This document shows, piece after piece, positions 33,744 through 39,943 of a DNA stretch of 39,943 bases. Under the pieces are notes generated by a model. The model did no database searches, was not told where the DNA came from, and saw only the letters and a list, made by a program, of their open reading frames with translations. Numbering within the stretch: position 1 is the first letter of the stretch; every line of letters begins with the position of its first letter. The stretch lies in NCBI GenBank assembly GCA_049317805.1, contig JBMOHO010000001.1:1-39943 (forward strand), in the 5' to 3' direction. Made by a program: the position numbers and the translations under genes. This DNA comes from Saprospiraceae bacterium (GTDB lineage: Bacteria > Bacteroidota > Bacteroidia > Chitinophagales > Saprospiraceae).

Positions 33744-34047
33744 AGACTACCCAGATTTTCACAGATTATTCATCCATATTTCAAAAAAGCAATCTGTGAA
33801 AATCAGAGTAATCTGTGGTGCATCAATGGCAAAATGGATATTTATACCCACCACAGACTACCCAGATTTTCACAGATTATTCATCCATATTTCAAAAAAG
33901 AATCTGTGAAAATCAGAGTAATCTGTGGTGCATCAATGGCAAAATGGATATTTATACCCACCACAGACTACCCAGATTTTCACAGATTATTCATCCATAT
34001 TTCAAAAAAGAATCTGTGAAAATCGGAGTAATCTGTGGTGAATCAAT
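33741..34047. repeat. Tandem repeat, 2.8 copies of a 110/111-bp unit, each with an internal 14-bp inverted repeat
   Basis: Units start at 33741, 33852 and 33962. Copies 1 and 2 differ by one extra C. Copy 3 has two substitutions and breaks off after 86 nt. Each unit contains GATTTTCACAGATT, then 22-23 nt, then AATCTGTGAAAATC, plus a third AATCTGTG 19 nt further on. Confidence 0.95.
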
Positions 34048-34095
34048 TGAGGATGAGCGTCCAGTAGTTCATGGCTTACAGGGACTGTCTACCCC

Positions 34096-37000
34096 TCACG
34101 CCACCGGCTCTTTCCCCAATATCCGTTTCAATTCCGCAATCGCGTTGTCCTCCACAAAATAGCTGAGGTGGTCAGCCGGTATGATCGTGATGTCTTGTGG
34201 CGCAATCAGTCCGTTCGGGCCTTTTTGGCTGCTCACTTCCACCAACCAGTCGTGCGGCTCGTCAAACACAAACCAATCCAGGGTTTTTTTGACCACAAAT
34301 CGCTTGAGGCGCTTGAAAAACTTTGCGGACTCATTGTCCAAACGATCCAGCTCTGTAGAGTCGCCGCCCAACAAGCTGTAGCGCACCGAATCGGGTTTGT
34401 TGGTCGGGAAATTGAGGTTTTTGATGAAATCAGACTTGGGATTTTGCTGATCGATGGTCACAAATACCGCTTTGCCAATGGTTTTGGCGATGTACGACAG
34501 CGGCACGATGTAGGGTTTCAGCACCGCCACCCCGTTGAGTGCCCGACCCAGCAAGCCAAAAATCTTTTTGTGAAAACCAGACAGGTCTGAACCCAAACTC
34601 GGCGAACCCACCAGCAGCACATGCTGCACAAATGCGCCGCCATCCGTTTTTTCCACCATCCAGCGGCACACCAATCCGGCCATCGACGGCGCCACCATGG
34701 TGATGCGGGCACCCTTTTCGGGCAAACAGGCGTCTACGCTTTTCAACCGCGCCAGCATGTCGCCGGCCGTTTTTTCCAGCGGCGTGTTCAGTGCCTCGTA
34801 CTCGTACGCCAAAAACACGTCGTACTGCGCAGCAATGCCCAACTGGGTCATTTGTTCAATTTTGTCCTCTATGTTCACCAGATTGCCGTGGGTGACAAAC
34901 AGGATGGAATTGGCCTGCGACACCACAGCGCGCACCTGCTCCACGTCGGTTACCCGGATGCCGTCGGGCTGAATCATCATCAACGTGTTCGGCAGCTTCT
35001 GGTACCTCATTTTTTTGAAAAAGAGCTTGACGGCCCTAAACACGCCGCGCTCCTGCAGGTCCGACGCGCCGCCGCCCAACACACCCGGCGTGGCGTCGGG
35101 CAGGGTGATGATCTCCACGTCGCCATTTTCGTTGGTGTAGCCCATGGGCAGGTACAGTTCCGTTTCGGCGTCGTAGCCGTACGGCACAATGACTTCATCC
35201 GCACCGGCTTTTTCATCCAATTCGAGGCGCAAAGGCTCGGTGAGTTCGCCAAACACCTCGGTGAGTTGAAGAATGGACACCGCCTCATCGTATTGCACTT
35301 CAAAAGAACGCGAAAAAACGCCGCTTTCCGTGGCCGTATCGCCCCAAAGGGACGCCGGTGGCAGCACAAATTTTTCCATTTCTGCCGACACGCTGCGGGT
35401 TCCGTTGTCGCTTGTTTTCAACAGGTCGCGCACGTCGGCCACCGTACACAGGGTGGCTTTGGCGCTGAAACCCGCTGGTTTGCCAGTGATGCGGAAACCG
35501 CCGCCCGACACCTGTGTCAGCTCCACAGGGGCCGAAGGACACACGATGCGCACCGGAATGGTGATCACGCACCAGTCGGGTTTGGTGGCACCCGGTTTTT
35601 GACCGAACCCGCCGCGTTTGTCGCTCTCCTCCACGTCAACAGGCAGCGGCGGCTGCACAAAATTGTTCAGTTCAAAATACTGGTTAGACACGAATACCTT
35701 GAGGTACTCCGTGATCTCGCGCACTCCCCGCTGCAATATTTCTTTTCTGATAAACAGCGGAATGGCGTTGAACGTGGCACCGTCGGAATGGAAATCGAAG
35801 GTGTGCGATTGCCCGAAGTCTGTTTGCTGCGGTTTCATCGACAAGGTGACGCCGCACTCATTGTCTAAGTACAAGCCACCCACGTAATAGCCGGGCTTGT
35901 TTATTTTCACGGTGCAACGGAGGGCCGGAATCTCTTCGGAACCGTCGGCGCCGTAGCGGTAAGTGAGTTTCACCCCATTGCGGCCAACGGATGTGCCCTC
36001 TGCAGTTTGGATGGTGTCTGGACTGATGTTGTCCAACACCTCCAGGCGGATGTCGATATCGCCGGCGCGCAACCCTTCAAACGGCGGCCGATCCAGTTCC
36101 TGCACAAAACGCCATTTGCCCACGCCGTCGCAGAACGACACAAACACGCCAGCCGCTTCCTGGCGCATGAACACGGGGTAGCTGTTGTCTTTTTTGAGCA
36201 GCATGTATTTGCCGTTGGCGTCGGTGCGCACCACGTAATCGGCGTCCGCTTTACTTACTGCATCAAAACGACAATAGACCGGTTTGCTGAACGCCACGAT
36301 GTTATCCAACGAACGGCGCTGCTCGGGGTCATCTACGTCTATGAAAATGCTGATTTTGGGCGCGGCCATGTCCTGGATAACGCCCATTCGTTTGCCCTCT
36401 TTGGCCAAGGCCACATCGGCGTCGTTCAATGCGCCCTCAGGCACATCCAGCACGGAGTAGGTAGACAGCACCTCTTTGACGGCAAAAACGGCATGTTCCA
36501 CTTTCACGGTCGTGGGGTGTTCGGGCGTGCCCGCCACGATGCCCTGCAGGGCACCGCCTTTGAGCTGCCATTCGCCTTTTTCAAACAAGATGGGAAACGA
36601 CAGGTCATGTTGTTCAAAGTGGCCGCCCAGAAATCCGTCGTGCAATTGTGCGCCGCCCCAGGCATCCACCTGCGGAATCTGGTCGCTCACCCGGTTGCGC
36701 ACCAGGGCACCTGTGCGGCGGGCTATTTCGGGGTAACTCAACGCAGCACCGCCCTCTTGCAGCACCCGCAACAGGCAGTGGGTGAATACGCCGCGGGGTT
36801 TGCCTTCAATGCGCATCTCCTTGGCCAACTCGCTGTCGCGGGCCGCCGCCAAATGGATGTGGCGCGCCTCGCGGGCATAAAAAGCCTTGCCGTCGATGAG
36901 GTCGAACACCTGATCGGTTACGGGTATGCCCTGCACGCCGAGCAGGTTTTGAAAAGCACTGGCAGCATACGTGGCCTGCGCGTGGCGCACCCGCACGTCG

Positions 37001-37542
37001 CCGTCGCCCTCACCGCGGGTGCCGCTGCCGGAGTGGCAACTGTCGGTAATCACCAGCACATGTGCCTCGGGTTGGTTGCGGTACACGCGGTGGATGAGGT
37101 AAGCCAGTTCTTTGTCCAGGAGGTCGCGCGAGCCGCTGCGGCTGTCGAGGCACACCAGCGTTTCGTTCATGCCGTCGGACTTCAGGTGGGCAAATTCGGG
37201 CGCTGCGCTTTCCTGGGAGCCGTGACCGCTGTAATAAAACAGGCACACGTCACCGGGTTTTACCGCGTCGGTGCACAGGTGGTCAAAGGCGTCAATGAGT
37301 CCCTGGCGCGTGGGCAGGGCGCGTTCGGGCAGGGCGTCCAGTTCAGATGCCAACGCAGCAACAGACTCCAGTTCGTGCGCATGCGGGGCCAGCAGGTACT
37401 TTGGCCGCCACTGGAGTTCGTTTTTGCGGCTAAATTGTTGGAAAAAAGCGCCGACAGCCAGGGTGTCGGGCACGCAGCCGTTGAGCGGGCTTTGCGGGTA
37501 AGCGTTGATGCCCACGAGCAGGGCATGGATGGTGTTTGTCAT
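34096..37542 (-). CDS. Giant fusion protein: N-terminal caspase (peptidase C14) domain, ~500-aa unknown middle, C-terminal alpha/beta-hydrolase-like domain
   Basis: The caspase part reads IHALLVGINAY, CLFYYSGHGS (His) and VLVITDSCHSGSG (Cys). The C-terminal ~290 aa read ILFVTHGNL..., YDVFLAYEYEALN, ITMVAPSMAGLVCRW (nucleophile-elbow position, Ser codon 34684-34686), VLLVGSPSLGS, EPHDWLVEVSS and IPADHLSYF, which is the order and spacing of a Ser-Asp-His hydrolase. Confidence 0.8.
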   Translation of the reverse strand: MTNTIHALLVGINAYPQSPLNGCVPDTLAVGAFFQQFSRKNELQWRPKYLLAPHAHELESVAALASELDALPERALPTRQGLIDAFDHLCTDAVKPGDVCLFYYSGHGSQESAAPEFAHLKSDGMNETLVCLDSRSGSRDLLDKELAYLIHRVYRNQPEAHVLVITDSCHSGSGTRGEGDGDVRVRHAQATYAASAFQNLLGVQGIPVTDQVFDLIDGKAFYAREARHIHLAAARDSELAKEMRIEGKPRGVFTHCLLRVLQEGGAALSYPEIARRTGALVRNRVSDQIPQVDAWGGAQLHDGFLGGHFEQHDLSFPILFEKGEWQLKGGALQGIVAGTPEHPTTVKVEHAVFAVKEVLSTYSVLDVPEGALNDADVALAKEGKRMGVIQDMAAPKISIFIDVDDPEQRRSLDNIVAFSKPVYCRFDAVSKADADYVVRTDANGKYMLLKKDNSYPVFMRQEAAGVFVSFCDGVGKWRFVQELDRPPFEGLRAGDIDIRLEVLDNISPDTIQTAEGTSVGRNGVKLTYRYGADGSEEIPALRCTVKINKPGYYVGGLYLDNECGVTLSMKPQQTDFGQSHTFDFHSDGATFNAIPLFIRKEILQRGVREITEYLKVFVSNQYFELNNFVQPPLPVDVEESDKRGGFGQKPGATKPDWCVITIPVRIVCPSAPVELTQVSGGGFRITGKPAGFSAKATLCTVADVRDLLKTSDNGTRSVSAEMEKFVLPPASLWGDTATESGVFSRSFEVQYDEAVSILQLTEVFGELTEPLRLELDEKAGADEVIVPYGYDAETELYLPMGYTNENGDVEIITLPDATPGVLGGGASDLQERGVFRAVKLFFKKMRYQKLPNTLMMIQPDGIRVTDVEQVRAVVSQANSILFVTHGNLVNIEDKIEQMTQLGIAAQYDVFLAYEYEALNTPLEKTAGDMLARLKSVDACLPEKGARITMVAPSMAGLVCRWMVEKTDGGAFVQHVLLVGSPSLGSDLSGFHKKIFGLLGRALNGVAVLKPYIVPLSYIAKTIGKAVFVTIDQQNPKSDFIKNLNFPTNKPDSVRYSLLGGDSTELDRLDNESAKFFKRLKRFVVKKTLDWFVFDEPHDWLVEVSSQKGPNGLIAPQDITIIPADHLSYFVEDNAIAELKRILGKEPVA

Positions 37543-37563
37543 TTGGCAATTTGGTTTAAGTTC

Positions 37564-37581
37564 GGTTGTAAAGTTACAACC
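37564..37581. repeat. Perfect 8-bp palindrome GGTTGTAA-AG-TTACAACC between the Uma2 pseudogene and the caspase gene start
   Basis: Read directly from the sequence. It contains the TAA stop of the Uma2 frame (37574-37576) and lies 22 nt upstream of the caspase ATG (37542). The 2-nt spacer is too short for a hairpin loop, so if it is functional it is more likely a protein-binding site. Confidence 0.5.
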
Positions 37582-38084
37582 AAATTTTACCTATGCAAAC
37601 TTCAAAACCAGGCAAAACATCGTCTCCGCTCAAAAGAACCTCAAAGGAAACTTCTGCAACTGCTTGTTCAGGGCGGTAGATGTACGTTTTGCGATGCTGC
37701 GGATCAATTAACCAGCCGAGCGCGCAGCCACAAGTGGTGTATTCTTCCATTTTTTCCTTCAAACCAGACAAGTTTTGGTCGGGGGAACGAATTTCCGCCA
37801 CAAAATCGGGGACGATGGGCGCAAATTTTCGACGATCAGTTGCGGGCAATGCTTCCCAGCGTTCCCGACGAATCCAGGCTAAGTCTGGTGAGCGCTCGGC
37901 TCCATTGGGCAGTGGAATTGGTGGGTGGCATGATGACAATGAATTTATCCCAGGTGCGCTCTATCCGCAAATCCGGGTTCAACAGACAAAACCGGTAAAA
38001 TTGCTCCTCAGACATGCCACCGTCAGGCAATTGAAAAGCAATGCCAGGAAAATTACGGGCTGTATTTGCTGCAGCAATAGTCAT
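37574..38084 (-). pseudogene. Uma2-family (DUF820) endonuclease gene disrupted by an internal out-of-frame deletion
   Basis: The N-terminal part is in ORF 37836..38084 (...MSEEQFYRFCLLNPDLRIERTWDKFIVIMPPT). The C-terminal part is in another frame, ORF 37574..37939 (PLPNGAERSPDLAWIRRERWEALPATDRRKFAPIVPDFVAEIRSPDQ...GWLIDPQHRKTYIYRPEQ). In intact family members as I remember them, ~35-40 aa separate the MPPT and LPNG..RSPD motifs. Here the two motifs abut with a frame change near 37925-37935. Confidence 0.6.
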
Positions 38085-38118
38085 ACAGGCATCATTTGTT
38101 GCAAATATATGCCATTTT

Positions 38119-38254
38119 ACGGAATGCGGAATGCGGAATGCGGAATTTTCTCATCCTTTCGGATTTTATGCATCATTCCCAATAATGCAGCAAAAAAATT
38201 GAGGGAATGTGCAAATTCCGCATTCCGTATTCCGCATTCCGCACTCCGTATTCC
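38119..38254. repeat. Inverted pair of GGAATGC heptamer tandem arrays (potential ~26-bp stem with ~68-nt loop)
   Basis: The left arm is (GGAATGC)x3+GGAAT at 38121-38146. The right arm, at 38214-38254, is the complement: ATTCCGC ATTCCGT ATTCCGC ATTCCGC ACTCCGT ATTCC. It lies immediately downstream of the stop (38257) of the T9SS protein gene. Confidence 0.9.
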
Positions 38255-38256
38255 AC

Positions 38257-39943
38257 CTATTCTGCTATGATCTTCACCACTTCCACACCCTTTGAGGTGT
38301 GCAGTTCGGCCATGTACACGCCGGCCTGCGTGAAAGTCACGGGCAGCATGTGCGCCCCGGCGTCGTATCGGGCGCGTTGCTCCAGCAGCACCTTGCCGTT
38401 CAGATCCAGCACGCGGAGGAGCGCCTCGTCGGTTGTGGGCAGGGTGAAGTGCAGTTGGGTGTAGCCTGCTGCCGGGTTGGGCTGGGCGCGCAGGGTAGTC
38501 CTTGTGGCCAGGGGCTGCCCGGTGGTGCTGACCTGGCTGAACGCCAGTTCGATTGGTTTGACCTCAATATCCGGCGTATAGGCTTCGGCGGGCAGCAACG
38601 AAGCGTCGAGGCCTATGACCTCGCTAAGCCGTGCACCGCTTTGCAGCGGCATGAATTGCAGGGTAAAAAACACGTTGCCGTCGGTCACTTCGGAACCCTG
38701 AATCTGCGCGAATACGCTGCGGATTTCGCCCTGCGCCACGTTGTACGTGCCAAATTGCTGAAGGCTCAACAAGCCGCCTTGCGGTGTGCTGATGTCCTCC
38801 AGCGCCAGCACATCGGGGTCAAAATGCAGCACAAACTGGTACGCCGCCACGTGGGCAAAACCCTCCACGGTCACGGGCACAGCCACGGACTGTCCGGCCT
38901 GCAAGACCTGATCGGCGCTGCGCAGCACCACCGGCTCCGGACGCATGGCCGGATTGGCCGCCGGAGTGGTCACGTCGCCGAGTTTCACGCCGGTGAAGTC
39001 GACATCCATTACCGGGCTGTTTACGCCGTTAAGCGACACGCTTTCCGGGAAATTCCACGGCACGTTCGGGTTGGGGAACACATAATCGGCGTCGACAAAA
39101 CGCCAGGAAGTATTCCACAAAGTATTGGCTTGCTGATTGCCTAAGAGGGCCTGCTGGATGAGCGATGCGTCCTGCAAGCTGATGGCGTTGTTTTTGTTCA
39201 CGTCGGCGGCTATGCGCGGGTACGGGGCACCGAGGAGGGGGTTGCCCGTCACGTGCTGCTGTATGCGCGTGGCGTCGGCAGCGGTCACGCCGTTGAATTT
39301 GTTGATGTTTTTTGTGGGGGTGATGGTGATGTTGCCGCCAGCGCTCAGGCTGACGGAATAGTTGCCGTCGGCATCGCTGTCACCGCTACCCGTGCCATCT
39401 CCGCTTACGTTAACTGTAGCGCTTTTCACACCCTGAGTTTGGTTGGTCGACCATTTTATGTTGCCCTCTACGGACAGCAGAACGGTCATTCCCATCACTG
39501 CAAAATTGTACGGATTTTCGTCGCAGTCGTTGTTGGCGATGTTGACTTCCGCCGTGTGTGCCCCCCCGACCACGGGCGTGTAGGTCACATCGAAGGTGAT
39601 GCTGCCGTTTGGCCCGTTTACGGTGGCAGGCAGGGTGATGTTGCTCACGCTGAATAGCGACGCATCTGGCCCGTTGATCGTGATGGCCCCTGCGCCGAGG
39701 CTCAGGTCAGCGTTGCCGATGTTCTGGATGGTGAAGGTGCGCGTGATGGGCATACCGGTGGTCGAGCCAAAGTCCGTAAGGTCGCTTGCAGATGGCATGT
39801 TGTCACCGTCATCAATGTCCATGCCGTTGCCCTTCAGGTTAATATCATTGGCCACACCAAGCCGGATCGACACGTTGTCGGATAAGGCATTTGCAGTGGC
39901 AAAATCCTGTAGCCCGTCCCCGTTGAAATCACCGATCGCTACG
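38257..39943 (-). CDS. Large T9SS-secreted surface protein (FG-GAP, Ig-like/choice-of-anchor-D-like, dockerin-like, cohesin-like, T9SS C-terminal sorting domain); the 5' end lies beyond the window
   Basis: The ORF-track start at 39873 is a GTG. The frame stays open to the window edge (VAIGDFNGDGLQDFATANALSDN, an FG-GAP repeat). The dockerin-like pair is NGVTAADATRIQQHV and ADVNKNNAISLQDASLIQQALLG. The cohesin-like segment is VAVPVTVEGFAHVAAYQFVLHFDPDVLAL. The C-terminal tail is LRAQPNPAAGYTQLHFTL...LDLNGKVLLE...AGVYMAELHTSKGVEVVKIIAE. Confidence 0.8.
   Translation of the reverse strand, partial: VAIGDFNGDGLQDFATANALSDNVSIRLGVANDINLKGNGMDIDDGDNMPSASDLTDFGSTTGMPITRTFTIQNIGNADLSLGAGAITINGPDASLFSVSNITLPATVNGPNGSITFDVTYTPVVGGAHTAEVNIANNDCDENPYNFAVMGMTVLLSVEGNIKWSTNQTQGVKSATVNVSGDGTGSGDSDADGNYSVSLSAGGNITITPTKNINKFNGVTAADATRIQQHVTGNPLLGAPYPRIAADVNKNNAISLQDASLIQQALLGNQQANTLWNTSWRFVDADYVFPNPNVPWNFPESVSLNGVNSPVMDVDFTGVKLGDVTTPAANPAMRPEPVVLRSADQVLQAGQSVAVPVTVEGFAHVAAYQFVLHFDPDVLALEDISTPQGGLLSLQQFGTYNVAQGEIRSVFAQIQGSEVTDGNVFFTLQFMPLQSGARLSEVIGLDASLLPAEAYTPDIEVKPIELAFSQVSTTGQPLATRTTLRAQPNPAAGYTQLHFTLPTTDEALLRVLDLNGKVLLEQRARYDAGAHMLPVTFTQAGVYMAELHTSKGVEVVKIIAE

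Noticed and set aside
33741-34047. Possible CRISPR array
   Set aside because: The units are 110 bp and directly abutting, with no unique spacers between conserved repeats. No cas genes are in the window.
33666-34162. Two plus-strand ORFs (117 and 115 aa) with repeated peptide HRLPRFSQIIHPYFKK...
   Set aside because: Both are generated purely by reading through the 110-bp tandem repeat. They have no start context, and their periodic sequence simply mirrors the DNA repeat.
34621-35868. 415-aa plus-strand ORF
   Set aside because: It is antisense to the C-terminal half of the caspase-hydrolase gene. The translation is R/H/G-rich with no motifs. I treat it as a shadow ORF.
37543-37600. TAnnTTTG-type promoter box for the caspase gene
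   Set aside because: The nearest candidate on the minus strand, TAAAATTTG, has three rather than two spacer nucleotides, so it does not fit the motif. Only the palindrome is reported.
36007-37998. 663-aa plus-strand ORF, the second-longest on that strand
   Set aside because: It lies antisense to the caspase gene and runs on across the caspase start, the palindrome and the Uma2 remnant. Its translation is low-complexity and rich in A/G/V/H/R (…VGVGAHHVIGVRFTY…) with no recognisable motif. This is a typical shadow ORF of a GC-rich gene whose opposite strand has clear family motifs.
38299-39144. 281-aa plus-strand ORF (and 39253..39657)
   Set aside because: Both are antisense to the T9SS-secreted protein gene. 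They have no motifs and are shadow ORFs of a GC-rich coding region.

Overview
This is about 40 kb of what looks like a Bacteroidota chromosome. Evidence: T9SS C-terminal sorting domains, a DUF1573 lipoprotein, a CarboxypepD_reg-type TonB receptor, and TAnnTTTG-type -7 boxes upstream of several genes. Composition is visibly heterogeneous; I did not compute GC. The left ~17 kb is ordinary: a HlyD/ABC exporter pair, a LuxC-like reductase, a cell-wall amidase with three SH3b repeats, trmD, a small DUF2256-like zinc-ribbon gene that the ORF track misses, tRNA-His(GTG), DUF1573, aroK, a hybrid histidine kinase, a photolyase, a TonB-dependent receptor and an ammonium transporter. From ~17.2 kb to ~38.1 kb the window looks like an accessory, conflict-system-type region with four separate caspase-fold protease genes in three loci. 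(i) A membrane-anchored S8 subtilase plus an exported TPR-CHAT lipoprotein, with a convergent ECF-like sigma/anti-sigma pair. (ii) The most interesting locus, 26792-32164, is a three-gene cassette: a CHAT-fusion protein, a membrane-spanning STAND-type P-loop NTPase ending in an extracytoplasmic, cysteine-less FGE-sulfatase domain, and an adaptor-CHAT protein. (iii) A 1148-aa caspase(C14) / unknown middle / alpha-beta-hydrolase fusion. Between these lie decay and rearrangement scars: an orphan T9SS tail with its own terminator, a PIN toxin whose 3' end is overrun by the CHAT gene, and a Uma2 gene with an internal out-of-frame deletion. The region also holds a low-GC toxin/immunity-like pair, a 2.8-copy 110-bp tandem repeat with internal hairpins, and an inverted pair of GGAATGC heptamer arrays. 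I recognised no rRNA, CRISPR array, transposase or integrase. All family assignments come from motifs read in the translations and from memory of those families. No database search was run.
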